DNA of 64,000 nt from Leucoraja ocellata (lineage: Eukaryota). Positions 25,837 to 38,672 of the stretch are shown here, piece by piece (position 1 is the stretch's first letter; each line of letters begins with the position of its first letter). The stretch spans positions 124,001-188,000 of the forward strand of contig JAWMAR010001858.1 of the NCBI GenBank assembly GCA_036785375.1, given 5' to 3'. The notes beneath the pieces were generated by a model. That model ran no database searches. It was not told where the DNA came from and saw only the letters and a list, made by a program, of their open reading frames with translations. The translations under genes and the position numbers were made by a program.

Positions 25837-25839
25837 GCT

Positions 25840-28150
25840 AAGATAATAATGGATTTATGTATGTGATAACAATTTTTGACAAAGCTCTAAAGTTGTTTTG
25901 AGGTTATAATGAGTAGTACAGAGAAAAGTTTAACAGTTGATGTGATATATTTACACCTGCAGAATGCCTTTAATTAAGTTTGCATGAAATTATTGGAGCT
26001 CAGAATATTTGGGTTAGATTGTGGGTTTAGATTGGGTTAATGGATAGAAAATAAATTATAGGACAAAAAATAGAAACAAATAGGAACAATGTATTAGGAA
26101 GCTGTGACTCAAGCTGTGCCAAAAGAATTATTGCTGGATCCCTGAGCTATTCCCACTATATTCTTATGATTTGAATAAGATGAAGAGAAATATATCCAAG
26201 TTTGCCAATAATACAAAGCAGGTTAAACACTGAGGGGAATAGAACATGTGAAGCAAATGGGAGAGGTCAGGGTAAATCGAACATCAACCTGGAAAATGTG
26301 GGGTCATCCACTTTGGTAGAAAAAATTGAAATATAAAATCATTTTAAAAATGAGATAGAAAGGTGCTTGTTTTCAGAGGAATCCAGGTCCTTTTATAAAC
26401 AAATCACTGAAAGTTAACATGTGGCTATAGCAAGGAATTATGAAGACAAATGATATGCTGACCACTGCAAGAGTATTTGAGCAGTAAAATAGAAATGTCA
26501 TGCTCCAGTTATTTGGGGTGAGACTGCATCGGGAATATCGTGCACAGGTCTGATCTCCCTAAATAAGGCAAAATATACTCCCCACCACAAGTTGTATTAC
26601 ATTGCATAATATTGTACCAGATCGTGATAAATCCAGCCCACACCTCATGTTCACTCCCTGCAGGATGTCACCAGTCACACTCGCTCTTACGTTTTGCAAC
26701 CAGTAATGCCCTGGAGTATCTGCTGTTCCAAGTGATACTGTACACTGTACACTGACAATGACAATTAAAATTGAATCTGAATCTGAATCTGAATCTGAAG
26801 TGATCACAGGCAGATCTCCTGCCACTAGTGACCAGCCATCAAGCACCACAAGATGTCCACTACTGGATTTTTAACTGCTTGTACTAAAGCCTTGTCCACT
26901 ATTAAATATCTTCCATGATCAGAGATGTTTAGAAAGGTTGAAGGATTTTAAAGAGGAAACAAATAAACAAGTAATAAGGGCCAATTTGCCTGTTATTTGT
27001 GGTTGGAAAATACTGGAACCCATTATCAGAAACATGATTACAATGCACTTAGAATGTCTTAACATGATTCGATAGATTTAACATTATAGATTTATCAATG
27101 AAAGGGAAGTCATGCTTCATTAATCTGTTAGCATTTTTGAGGTTGTAATTAGCAAAGTAAATTGGAGTAACCATGGGAATACTGAAAAGATTTTTAAGAG
27201 TATTAGATAAAAAGGCACAGGAAAGGGCATATAGAATTGCAGGTGGTATAGCAGAGTGGATTGAGAATTATTATTAACAGATGGGAAATGGAGAAATGGA
27301 TCATTCTCAGATCCGCAGGCCATAACTGATGAAGTAACACAAAAATTGGTGCTTGGGTCTCGGCTATTTTCAAACTAACTAAATGAGCTTGGTGAGGGAC
27401 AGAGCAATGCATCATTTTCAAGTTCACACATTATAGGAGAGAATTGGGCCATTCGGCCCATCAAGTCATCTCTGCCACCTAATCCCATTTTCCTGCCTGC
27501 TCCCCATAATCCTTGACAACCATTGTAATCAAGAATTGATCTATCTCTGCCTTAAAAACATCAACTGACTTGGCCTCCTTTTTGCTGACCAGGCAGAATT
27601 AATTTGGGAAATAAGCCGCAAGGAGGATGAAAAAGGCAGCAAAGCTATATGACTGTGCTAATAAACAAGCAAGAACCTGGTAAATGGATTATAGGGTGGA
27701 GAAACAAAAGTTTATCAGTTTCTGTAGAATAAGTAGAAATGTGGCATATTTTATAAAAGAAGAAAGGTTGGGAAATGATGTCATTCAGAGGAATCTGAGT
27801 GTCTTACTGAAATAACCAAATTGCATGCAATTAGGAAAGTAAATTACAAAGGGGTTAAAGTATGTGCAAGACAGCATATGATTTTGTAGTGCATTGGTGA
27901 GATGAAATCCAGAGTATTGTAGGTAATGCTGATCCTGGACAGAATAATGCTGAGGCATTGAGAATCCCTGGAGTTTAGAAAAAGAGATACATAATCCAGT
28001 TGAACTAAGTTTTTTTTGAAGGGTGACTAGTTAAATGCAGACAGAAGAGTCTGGAACTTCTGGAGATAGATCAGCCATAATTGAATGGTTGAGTAGATTT
28101 GATGGGTCGAATGGCCTAACTCTACTCCGATCTCTTATGTCCTTATGACC
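25840..28150 (+). mobile_element. Heavily decayed old CR1 LINE fragments
   Basis: Residual motifs atatccaagtttgcc, ggtcatccactttggtag, agatagatcagccat; no intact ORF. Confidence 0.6.
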
Positions 28151-28379
28151 TGCAGTATGTCGGTGCGGACTCAGTGGGCCAAAGTGCCTGTTTCTGCGCT
28201 GTATCTCTATTAAACTAAACCTCTCAGATTCAGAATAAGTCATCAGCTACGTGGGACTGACTTGAAGATTTTATTTTCCAAAGATAAAGAGTCTTTGGAA
28301 TTCACCACAGCAGAAACATCTGGATTGTAACAGTTTTAATAGAGAGATGGGTGGATTTCTGGACTCATCAGGGGATATT

Positions 28380-29742
28380 CAGTATTTACTTTAATGTCAT
28401 TTTAGCTGAATACTTACATACACAGATGAAACGAAAAAATTGTTTCTCAATCAGTTCCCGTCACTGCAGTTAATAAAAACAGAATAAATACATAGAGCTT
28501 TAAAAATTAAAATTACCATATCTAAAATAGTCCTAATAATTGAAATAAAAACAGGCATTCAGACCGAACAGTGGCTTTGCATTGACAGGTGCCGAGCTGT
28601 CAAAGTATGGGCGAGGTTAGATGTGTTGGTGTATGATATATGGGGAGGGGACACAGTTCGTTAACCAGTCTTATTGCCTGTGAAAAGAAGCTGTGTAGCA
28701 TCCTGCTGGTTTTGCAGCTGGTGCTCCTGTACCTCTTCCCAGATGGCAGAATGGAGAAGATGTGGTGTGATGGATGATAGGGTTCCTTGATAATGGAGAT
28801 AGCTCTGCTGTTGCTCCGCTTCTGATAGATCTCCAACAGGAAAGGGAGTGGGGCACCAATGATCCTACTGGCTGTCTTCACTATCCTGTTAAGTTGGTTT
28901 TGCTCATAAGCCTTGCAGCTCCCAAACCAGGAAGTGATGCCTCCCCCCATATCTGCCTTCCGCAAAGACCGCTCCCTCCATAACTCCCTTGTCAATTCTT
29001 CCCTTCCCTCTCGTACCACCCCCTCCCCGGGCACTTTCCCTTGCAACCGCAAGAGATGCAACACTTGCCCCTTTACCTCCCCCCTCGACTCCATTCAAGG
29101 ACCCAAGCAATTGTTCCAGGTGTGACAGAGGTTTACCTGCATCTCTTCCAACCTCATCTATTGCGTCCACTGCTCTAGATGTCAGCAGATCTATATCGGT
29201 GAGACCAAGCGGAGGTTGGGCGATCGTTTCGCCGAACACCTCCGCTCGGTCCGCAATAACCAAGCTGACCTCCCGGTGGCTCAGCACTTCAACTCCCCCT
29301 CCCACTCCGTCTCCGACCTCTCTGTCCTGGGTCTCCTCCATGGCCACAGCGAGCAGCACCGGAAATTGGAGGAACAGCACCACATATTCCGTTTGGGGAG
29401 TCTGCATCCTGGGGGCATGAACATCGAATTCTCCCAATTTTGTTAGTCCTTGCTGTCTCCTCCCCTTCCTCAGTCCCCCTGCTGTCTCCTCCCATCCCCC
29501 AACCTTCGGGCTCCTCCTCCTTTTTCCTTTCTTGTCCCCGCCCACCCCCGCCCCCGATCAGTCTGAAGAAGGGTTGCGGCCCGAAACGTTGCCTATTTCC
29601 TTCGCTCCATAGATGCTGCTGCACCCGCTGAGTTTCTCCAGCTTTTTTGTGTAACCCAGGAAGTGATGCCGTAGGTCAATATACTCTCGATGGTGCCCCT
29701 GTAGAAGGTCCTTAGATGAACAGTAGGGAGACCTGCTTTTCT
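28380..29742 (-). mobile_element. Rex1/Babar LINE 3' part, split by a Penelope insertion
   Basis: FYRGTIESILTYGITSW | FGSCKAYEQ...ILPSGKRYRS is continuous across the insertion. Confidence 0.85.
28942..29655 (+). mobile_element. 5'-truncated Neptune-type Penelope-like retroelement: Cys-rich linker, GIY-YIG endonuclease, and 3' repeat with hammerhead
   Basis: CNRKRCNTC...(one stop)...NLIYCVHCSRCQQIYIGETKRRLGDRFAEH...HFNS...RKLEEQHHIFRLGSLHPGGMN, stop at 29444-29446. Hammerhead core at 29563. Perfect 15-bp TSD CCAGGAAGTGATGCC at 28927-28941 and 29656-29670. Confidence 0.95.
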
Positions 29743-30278
29743 TATATAGGAAAAGGATGGGAAAGTAGATCTGAAGTGCAGGATCAGCCATGACAGCACA
29801 CATGCAAACATCAAATGCCCAGTTCTTGCTATCAATTTTAATATTCTTGAGTTTTCCTACTTACTAAACCGAAATATCACAATTAAGTTTTATACCAAAA
29901 CTTCTAGTTCAGGGTTTCCCCTCATGGAAAATCATCTGGTAGGATCAGATCCCCAAAATGCAGCATGTTCAAGTTTTTTAATCAACTCAGTGATAGTTAA
30001 CTGGGCGGAAATTTGTTTGGGCTCTAGTGAAGTGAGATTCCAGCCACCAATATTTTTCCTATAAATTATATTCTGCAATCATTGCAAAATAAACTATAAA
30101 TTGTTGCATTGTGGTTTTTAATCTTCAGGCACCTTTGATTACCTGCATCCGGCAAATCAATTATATCTCATGTGTGTTTTCAAGTATTCACATATATAAA
30201 GTAATAAAAATGAACATTAAATCATGTTATGTGTTCTGCTCTATCAGTTCCATCTTATAACACTGTTTTAAATTTCAG

Positions 30279-33200
30279 GCCTACTCATGGCTTCAAGAGG
30301 AAATGGGCTCCGATTCTGTTCCAGTTATAACTGTGAGGTTCTTGGGAACAACTGAATTAAGTACAGAGCTTAAAACCTTACTGCAAAGTCTCTGTGAACA
30401 ATTAGCCATTAACTACCGATGTCTCATACACAGTTATCCTCAAAGAGTACATGACCTGAGGGATTTATTCGTAAACCTACTGAATGAGTCTTCATTTCAT
30501 CGGCCGTTGGTGTTAATTTTTGATGCTGTGGAGCAATTGTCAGATGGTGAGGAAGCTCGCAAATTGTGGTGGCTTCCCATTCACCTTCCGCGCTCAGTCC
30601 GGATAATATTGTCAACGCTGCCCAACAAACATGGCATTTTGCAAAAACTGAGATGCTTGATACAAGAGGACGATAATTACATTGAGTTGCCACAACGTGA
30701 CAGGAAGATCTGCAGTCAAATGTTGAAGTGTCAGCTTCTGCAAGTGAAAAGAAAGGTCACCTCTGGACAGCAGATCTATGTCAATGAAGCCCTGTCAAAG
30801 TGTACTCTGCCCATGTTTGTTAATCTGATCTACCACGAGGTCATGCAGTGGAGATCACACAAGGATGTCGACGAAACCTCACTTTGTGGGACGGTACATG
30901 ATAACATTGAGCATCTTTTCTGGACACTTGAAAATAAGTGCGGATCAAGACTGGCCTCAAGAGCTCTTGGTTTTATCACAATGGCCAAAGTTGGAATGAG
31001 TGAAATGGAACTGGAAGATGTTCTTTCACTTGATAACCATGTGCTAAACGAAATCACAACAAAGTCTGAGCTTCGGAATCCACTGCGGATACCATATCAT
31101 TTCATCGCAAGGTTGAAGGAGGAGCTATGCGGATATTTAGTGGAGAGGCAGGTGAGGAGTGTCACACTTCTAGTTTGGGCAAATCGCCACCTTCATCTGA
31201 TCGCTCAGAAACTCTACCTGCAGAATGAGGAAGACATACAGGAAATGCACAGCATTCTGGCAGATTACTTTTTAGGAGTATGGTCAGGTGGGAGACCACG
31301 GTTGTTTCAGCTTGAGAAAGGTCAGGTCCGACCTCCAGACAATAACATCAAAAGCATGATTAAAGAAAATGAGACTGGTGAGAAAACCTTTGATCGGCAA
31401 GTCCCTGAACAGCCGTGGGTCTTCCAGTGCAATCCATTGGAGCCGGATATCTTTTTTGTGAATCATAGGAAGAGCACAGAGCTGCTGCATCACCTGACCA
31501 GAAGTGGGAGGACAGATGAACTCATGTACAGTGTCATCATGAACTTCAGTTGGCTGTACACCATGATCAAAATTGGCCACCTTGACAAAGTCCTGTCGGA
31601 CATCGATCTTGCCTACAATTACTCGCAGGAGAAAGAACTGAAATTTCTAGCAAGGACGCTGCGAAGCATCAAGTTGAAAGTTACAAAGAACCCGAGCTCG
31701 CTGTCGGCTGAGCTGCAGCAAAGGCTATTGCCTGTCATTAGCTCGTTACCAAAGCTGAGGCACCTTTTACTGGAGTGCGACAAGGACGGCCCAAAGTACT
31801 GCTCGATTGTGCCTTTGCATTCCTCCTTGGACGTGATGTACAGCCCCGAACGGCTCCCACTGACCAGCAGCCATGCCCATGTGATCGAGGTGCTGCCAAC
31901 GTCAAGCCCCACTGTGGTCATCGCCGCGTTGGAGAACGGTTCCATTACTACCTGGGACGTGGAGTCGCATCAGATTCTGCGGCAAATCACAACTGCAAAC
32001 TCTGCTGTGTTGGGGATGAAACTCACACACGATGAGAAGTACCTGGTGGTGTCAACGACAAAAAATACACTGTTGATATACGACAATCATAATTCATGCC
32101 AGTTGTCAGAGGTGGAGGTCAAGGGTTCCAAGCACTGCATTGCGGGTGGAGGCAACTGCTTCATTCATGGCTTCACTTTATCAATTAACCATGCCCTTGC
32201 ATGGTTGCAGGGCAGCAAAGTCGTGCATGTGATTGATTTAATTTACGGCTGGCCACTATACCAGTTCCATTGTTGGTATGAAGTTACTTGTGTGCAATGT
32301 TCTCCCGATGGAGTGTACGCGTTCTGTGGGCAGTACTTGAACACGACCACCATTTTCCTCTTGGGGAGCGGTGAAAAGCTCTCCACGGTGACATCAGAAT
32401 TTTCTGGCGGCTACGTGAAATCCCTTCTCATTCTGGCCGCAGTTCAAGAAATGGTGATGATCGATAATGAGGGCAGCCTGTCTGTGTGGAACATAGATGA
32501 AATTACCAACCCCCAACTGATCGAGGACTTTGACTGCAGAGGGAAAGACAACGAAGTGGTCAGCCTAGAACTGTCGGAAGACCAAAGTGCAATCCTCATC
32601 TGTAAGACTTTCAGCATTGAGGTATTGGACACCAGCATCTGGAAGGTGGCTGAGAAGTTCAAAGCAAAGCGGAATGAACGCCTCACATCAGCGGTTCTCT
32701 CCAAAAACGGTGACTCGATTATAGCATCAATGGAGCATATGTCGTCGATATTAGTGTGGCGGAGAGATACTGGGCAGTGCATGGCAAGTTTGCAGGAAAG
32801 TTCTGGAGCCATTGTACAACTGGTGAAATCAAACCAACACAATCTGCTGCTGTCTTTAACGAGCAATGGTATTCTCTCTGTCTGGGATATCGACATCATA
32901 ACGGCGATCTCAAACATCGACAAAACCGGCAAACCAATTCAAAGCCTTCTCCTGCCGGGCAAAGGTGAACTGATTTACACACTGGATGGCTCCGAATCTG
33001 TTCACAAATGGAGTTTTAACACTGGATACATTGAGGCTATATTTAAACACGAGAGCGTTGTGGAAAATTGTGTTCTCACATCATCAGGTGAGCTCATGGT
33101 TACTTCAGATGACAAGGGCAGCCAGTATATCTGGCACACCATCACTGGGGACAATATCTTTCGCATCAACGGGCAGAGGATATCCCAGCTACTGATAACG

Positions 33201-34217
33201 CACAATGATCAGTTTGTAGTCTCGCTCTGTAACCAAGGCGTCTCTCGGGTGTGGAGGCTGTCCACTGGCCAGAAAGTCTGCAATATTCTGGTTCCCATGC
33301 AGAATGCTTTTATCACATATCCCAATACCTTTGTAATTGGTGTTTCAAAAAACAAGTTGCTGGCGGTCAGCTTGTGGACTGGAAGTGTGACAAAAAAGTT
33401 CTGCTGTGACGATGGTACCACCATTGTAAATTTCAAGCTGATCCCCGATTCCCCAGACTGTGTGGTTTTCATTACATCGTCAGAAACACTGTTTGTATGG
33501 AGTGTAACCGATGAAGCAGTGTGTAGGCGTGTGCAGCTTCCCAATAATTTCCTCAAGAACCTGGAGGATTTTCAGATATCTCCCAATGGGAAACTGGGAA
33601 TTTTGTCGCGGGGTGACGACAACATCAACATCATGGATCTGCACAATGGAAAGCTGCGTCTTGTTCCCGCCACTGGCATCATCTGGCGCCAGAGGCTTTC
33701 ACGCGACGGTCGTTACCTGGTGTACATTTGTTTCAGAAACTGCAGTGAAGACGAAGACAATGTGGCTATGTGCATCTTAACAGTGGTCAGGCTGGCCGAT
33801 GGGAAAAACATTGGAGCATGTTCACTTTACAAGACTCCGGCTTTTCTCAGTCTCTCACAGCGGCATCTGAACATTATCATAGGTTTTGATGACGGCAGCA
33901 TTGGAACCTACACCGTCGTAGACCGAGTGGATGCTGCCTTAAAAATTAAAATAGCTACTTCCAACAGTCGACAGATTTTTAGTAACACAGGTCAACAGAT
34001 CAGGCCAAAGCATGCAAATTTCATGTGCAAATATACAGCAGACTGCATATGGAGAGAGTCTACTGAGATTTTTGCCAGGGATAGCCCGATTACAGTCTCC
34101 GATTCAAGTGAGACACAGGAGACAGCACCTACCAAAAAGCAACCTTACTGTTCCGATAAGGCAGGTTCAACATTACAAATAGACTACAAATGTCAGAACT
34201 TTGCAGCCGAAAGCTAA
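30279..34217 (+). CDS. NWD2: NWD2 terminal coding exon (1312 codons plus stop): remainder of the NACHT domain (Walker B LVLIFDAVEQL), helical region and WD40 repeats
   Basis: Acceptor ttttaaatttcAG|GCC TAC TCA TGG is in frame with the 1304-aa ORF at 30303. Many WD-type repeats (ITTWDV, LSVWNI, LSVWDI, SRVWRL) and NWD2-like C-terminus ARDSPITVSDS; stop TAA at 34215-34217. Confidence 0.97.
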   Translation, partial: AYSWLQEEMGSDSVPVITVRFLGTTELSTELKTLLQSLCEQLAINYRCLIHSYPQRVHDLRDLFVNLLNESSFHRPLVLIFDAVEQLSDGEEARKLWWLPIHLPRSVRIILSTLPNKHGILQKLRCLIQEDDNYIELPQRDRKICSQMLKCQLLQVKRKVTSGQQIYVNEALSKCTLPMFVNLIYHEVMQWRSHKDVDETSLCGTVHDNIEHLFWTLENKCGSRLASRALGFITMAKVGMSEMELEDVLSLDNHVLNEITTKSELRNPLRIPYHFIARLKEELCGYLVERQVRSVTLLVWANRHLHLIAQKLYLQNEEDIQEMHSILADYFLGVWSGGRPRLFQLEKGQVRPPDNNIKSMIKENETGEKTFDRQVPEQPWVFQCNPLEPDIFFVNHRKSTELLHHLTRSGRTDELMYSVIMNFSWLYTMIKIGHLDKVLSDIDLAYNYSQEKELKFLARTLRSIKLKVTKNPSSLSAELQQRLLPVISSLPKLRHLLLECDKDGPKYCSIVPLHSSLDVMYSPERLPLTSSHAHVIEVLPTSSPTVVIAALENGSITTWDVESHQILRQITTANSAVLGMKLTHDEKYLVVSTTKNTLLIYDNHNSCQLSEVEVKGSKHCIAGGGNCFIHGFTLSINHALAWLQGSKVVHVIDLIYGWPLYQFHCWYEVTCVQCSPDGVYAFCGQYLNTTTIFLLGSGEKLSTVTSEFSGGYVKSLLILAAVQEMVMIDNEGSLSVWNIDEITNPQLIEDFDCRGKDNEVVSLELSEDQSAILICKTFSIEVLDTSIWKVAEKFKAKRNERLTSAVLSKNGDSIIASMEHMSSILVWRRDTGQCMASLQESSGAIVQLVKSNQHNLLLSLTSNGILSVWDIDIITAISNIDKTGKPIQSLLLPGKGELIYTLDGSESVHKWSFNTGYIEAIFKHESVVENCVLTSSGELMVTSDDKGSQYIWHTITGDNIFRINGQRISQLLITHNDQFVVSLCNQGVSRVWRLSTGQKVCNILVPMQNAFITYPNTFVIGVSKNKLLAVSLWTGSVTKKFCCDDGTTIVNFKLIPDSPDCVVFITSSETLFVWSVTDEAVCRRVQLPNNFLKNLEDFQISPNGKLGILSRGDDNINIMDLHNGKLRLVPATGIIWRQRLSRDGRYLVYICFRNCSEDEDNVAMCILTVVRLADGKNIGACSLYKTPAFLSLSQRHLNIIIGFDDGSIGTYTVVDRVDAALKIKIATSNSRQIFSNTGQQIRPKHANFMCKYTADCIWRESTEIFARDSPITVSDSSETQETAPTKKQPYCSDKAGSTLQIDYKCQNFAAES

Positions 34218-34634
34218 GCCATGTTTTTCGTGTGTGCATAAAAAAAGTGTATACAGAAACAAATATTTTAATATGCTGAGTGTGATTTTAAAAGTCACTC
34301 AAAGATACTTTGGTTTTGTTACTTTAGAGGAGAATTATTCATTAATTCAAGGGGACTAATAACTCAGGATTAAAGTAAATATTTCTGATAACAAACTTAT
34401 TTGTTTGCTATGACTTTTCCTAACTTTGTTGCTCTGGTTGACACTCTCAGTATGCTCATCTTTTTACAGCAACTGAATTACCGTAATGTTTTAGCCCTTA
34501 GGGATTGAGAGTAAATAGTTTACTCAGCCTCATGTTTTCTTTGTTAACTCTACCCCATCCTGATATCCTAGTACAATCCTGGCTGAAATAGTTGTTGTCA
34601 ACCTTTCAATCTTAGCAGAGAAGAAACCCATACA

Positions 34635-34764
34635 ATAAATAGGAAAGTGAATTGATAATCTGATAAGATTATAGGAGAAAGGAACAGCGAATAATTTAAT
34701 TAATTACTTTGTTTCTTGAGTTTCATCCATTTTTTAATAAAGAAGTCACACCTTTTAAAATAAA
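34635..34764 (+). terminator. Candidate proximal NWD2 polyadenylation signals
   Basis: Three AATAAA hexamers (about 34635, 34736, 34759) within 550 nt of the stop codon. The region is AT-rich, so chance occurrence is possible. Confidence 0.35.
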
Positions 34765-35419
34765 AGCACAGTGGGGTGAACAATTCCCGGCCATTCCCTG
34801 GATAAATCCCACTCATAACGTTAACATTTACAACTGCAGAATGCCATTATTCCTATTCTTAATGTGCGTTCTGGTAGTATTGGTAGTATTGTGAACAATT
34901 TGTGCTCTTACTATTCCATAGAGTTTAATTCATGCATAGAAAAATTAATTTGTGATACAAAGCATTCCAGGAATATATATTTGGAAATGTTTCAATCGTT
35001 TGATCGGAGTCTAGTGTGACCCCTCCCATTTTGGTCCACATTGGCCATTTTACACTCAAGATGAACTTGATAATAGTTATTCATATCATGCACATTATTA
35101 TGCATCAAGGCCATTAAGAAGTTGAACTTTCTAAACATAGAATAGTGAATGTTAGTGTGGATGTTAAGAGGAGATTTGGCAGAGGAGTAGAAAGTCATGA
35201 CAGGTTTAGTTAGGGATGTTAATTCTGTAAACAGATAGTTCAAGGATTGTGGGAACAAATGTTCACGTAAAGACAAGGAGCAGATGATGGTGAGGAGCAC
35301 CCCTTTGATCTAGAAATTACCTGTAGGTGGAAATGAGGGGCATCACTAAAAAGACCAAATAACAGGGTTTTAGGAAAGGAGAGCAGACAAGAGGACCGAT
35401 TAAATAACATCGACAATTT

Positions 35420-35928
35420 CCTGAAAATAGCAGCACAAGTAGATAGATTGGTAAAGAAAACATACGGTATGCTTGCCTTCAATTGTCGGGCCATTGAGTA
35501 TGAAAGTCAGGAAGTCATGTTGCAGCCTTATCAGACTTTAGTTAGGCCGCATTTGGAGTGTTGCGTGCAGTTCTGGTTGCCCCATTACAGGAGGGGTGTG
35601 GAGGCTTTGGAAAGGTTTACCAGCATGATGCCTGAATTAGGTATGATAGCTACATGGAGAGTTTAGACAGACTTGGTTTGTTTTCTCGGTAACGCTGGAG
35701 GTTGAGGGAAGACCTGATAGAAGTATATAAAATTATGAGAAATATAGATAGAGTAGCAAATATGTTAGTGGCATCTAAGAGACATTTAGATAGGCCCATG
35801 AATCTGCAGTGAATAGAGGGATATGGATTATGTACAAGCAGATAAGAGCTGGTTTTGACATCATGTTCGGCACAAACATTGTGGGCTAAGTGACCTGTTC
35901 CTGTGCCGTGTACTGTTCTATGTTCTAT
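35420..35928 (+). mobile_element. CR1 LINE 3' fragment
   Basis: VKKTYGMLAF...LVRPHLECCVQFW and a ttctatgttcta tail. Confidence 0.88.
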
Positions 35929-36074
35929 CTTTTATGGATTCTTCAAAGAGCCAGCAGGGACTGAGTAAGCTGAAGGGCCTCATTCTGTGCTCTCGTAGTT
36001 CCATGATTCTAAAATGCAAATTTCTCTGGATGCAGTCACACAGAAGCAGCTCGCAATGTAAATTCTTCCCGCTA

Positions 36075-36490
36075 GTCATTGAGTCATGCAGCACAAACAG
36101 GCCCTTAGGCCCTGCTTATTCGTATCAGCCAAGATGTCTATCTACACTAGTCATACAAGGTTTAGTCACTAAACCTTTCCTATCCGTGTACCTGCCCAAA
36201 TGTCCCATAAATTCTGTTATTATATTTGCCTCAACCACTTCTTCTGCTGCCTCTTTCTATATACGTACTGCCCTTTGTGTGGAAAAGTTGTCTTTTAATT
36301 TGCTATTAAACTTTTCCTCTCTTACCTTAACCAAATGCCTTTTAGCTTTTTAATCCCCTATCCTAGAAAAATAGACTATGTGCGTTCCCTCTATCCCCCT
36401 TATGATTTTACACAGCCCCATAAGATCACCTCTCAGTCTCCCATGCTCCAAGGAATAATGTCCATGCCTGCCCAACCTCTCCCTGCAACT
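36075..36490 (-). mobile_element. Decayed CR1 3' fragment
   Basis: Antisense CR1 3'UTR motifs (aaacaggccctt, aaacctttcctatcc, aagatcacctctcag). Confidence 0.7.
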
Positions 36491-38142
36491 CAGTTATTGT
36501 CACATCTCCAGCCACTGAACATCACACCATGTTTCAATGCAGAAAATGCTGAAAATATTCATCCAGTCAGACAACACGTGCGAGGAGAAAAAAGGTGAAT
36601 GTTTAAGGTCAGTGTATTTTTCTCAGAACTGAGAGTTTCTAAAATGGATTCTGGAGTAAGGAGCATTCTGGATAGTTTGTGCTTTGCATTGTTCCATCAA
36701 CACTACAAATTATGTTGGTGTTAATTTCGGAAAGTAGCTCACCTGCCAAACAGTAAACAGCAAGAGTTAAAACTGCATCTACAAATAGGCAGATATCTTA
36801 GTCATAAAACTATTTATTTTGGAAACATGGACCTACCCTAACATTATTGTATTTCCACACATGGTGTGGGTTAGCAACAAATAGTAGTGTTCCCATTTCG
36901 TAATTTCCGAGAGAGGAACAGGTATAAAATCTGACGCGATGTGATTCTACCCGGGATAATTGTGTAAACTGCACCTGGTGAAATGAACCGTAAATCACCA
37001 GCAGCTTAGCTGCAAATGGTTTCAAACCTTTGTTGGAGGGTTGTGTTTCATTAAATTAATGAGCGTTTTTGATTGTTTAATAACAAAGGATGTTTTGGAA
37101 AATATAGGTGTTAAAACAACTTACCATTCCAAATTGAGGACTGTTCCAAAAGAGAGAGGAAGTTGTTTTTAATTCTTAGTGGAGGTTATTAGGCATTCAC
37201 ATTTTGGTGAAGTTTTATTGAAATAAGTTCAGGAAACTTCTCATTCTACACGTAGATAGAGTCATAGTCATATAGTGTGGAAGTAGCGCCCTTTGGCCCA
37301 TCATACTAGTCCCGCCCACCTGCATTTGGTACATCCCTCTAAACCTGTCCTATCCATGTACCTGTCCAAATGCTTCTTAAATGTTGCGATACTAACTGTC
37401 TCAACTACGTCCTCCGGCTGCTCGTTCCATATACCCTCCACCCTGATATACTATATTGATATATGTTCATCAGTAACATTCTACAAAGGAGAGTACTTCC
37501 ACTACTATTCCTTTAACAAAATGCAGTTGGGCCATAGAACAATGTCACAGCAGCATTAAAAACTACTATTTAGATGGCTAACATAATGCAAACAGTTATT
37601 GAAGAAAAATGTTTGAAACAACTTTTTTATTAAATGAAGACAGGGTATTTTTATGTTGCATTCATTAGGATAGATTTGGCCTTTGACTGTCATCGTAATC
37701 AATTATCCTTTACACCCATTAGTATTAAACCAAATCAATTTACTGGATTATGCTTTGAAGGCAGGTAGTCACTTCTCTTAATTTTGCACATATTGTAATG
37801 GTTTTACGTTGCATTCTGCTTTGGAGATAAGATTTTATTGTCTTCAACAGAACTGAATTTCTAAATTGGAATGCGGTGCACAGCTGCTGCTGTATTTGCA
37901 TATGTAGCACGAGCAGTCGAAGCAAATCTCATTGAAATGTACAAGATTTTAAGAGGCTTTGACAAGGTGAGACGTAGAGTTGATCTTTCCCCTGGCTCAG
38001 CTGTTGAGAACCAAAGATCACCATCTCAAAATAAGGAGAATTTTGTTTTTTAAACAGATTTAGGCAGAGATTTTATTCACCCAAAGGGTAGTGAAACTTT
38101 CAAATTTACTACCAAAGAGGGTTGCGGAAGCACAGATACTAA

Positions 38143-38386
38143 AGGGCCTGTCCCACTTGCCGATTTTTTTTGGCGACTGCCGGCATCATTGACTGACGTA
38201 TCAGGGTCGCCAAAAGATTTTGAACATTTCAAAATCCAGTGGTGACAAAAAAAATGTTGCGACACTTGAGGAAACACGTCGTCAATACGTCGTCACGCCA
38301 CATCACGCCGCGACTTTTTCGGTGGCCCGATAAGTCATTCAATGATGCCGGCAGTCGCCAAAAAAATTGCCAAGTGGGACACACCT
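38143..38386. mobile_element. PIF/Harbinger-like MITE with long (about 70-80 bp) inverted arms
   Basis: AGGGCCTGTCCCACTTgccgattttttt ggcgactgccggcatcattga ... tcaatgatgccggcagtcgccaaaaaaattgccAAGTGGGACA; flanks taa and caa. Confidence 0.8.
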
Positions 38387-38394
38387 CAAGTAGG

Positions 38395-38672
38395 GAATCA
38401 GGCCCTTCAGCCCACCATGTCTACGCTGATCATCGATTACCTGTTCACACCAGTTCTATGTCATCCCACTTTCTCATGCACTCCGTACACATTATGGGCA
38501 TTTTTACACAGACCTATTAAACTACACACATCCTAGGGTTGGGGGAGGAAATCGAAGGAAACTCACACAGTCACAATGAAAATGTGAAAACACCACACAG
38601 TCAGCACCCAAGGTCAGGATCGAACCAGGTCTCTGGTGCTACAAGGCAGCAACTCTACCAACTGTGCCACTG
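38395..38672 (-). mobile_element. HE1-type V-SINE
   Basis: aggatcgaaccaggtctctggtgctacaaggcagcaactctacc. Confidence 0.82.

Noticed and set aside
30424-33780. Antisense and alternative-frame ORFs within the large NWD2 exon
   Set aside because: Expected shadows of a long coding exon; no recognisable domains.
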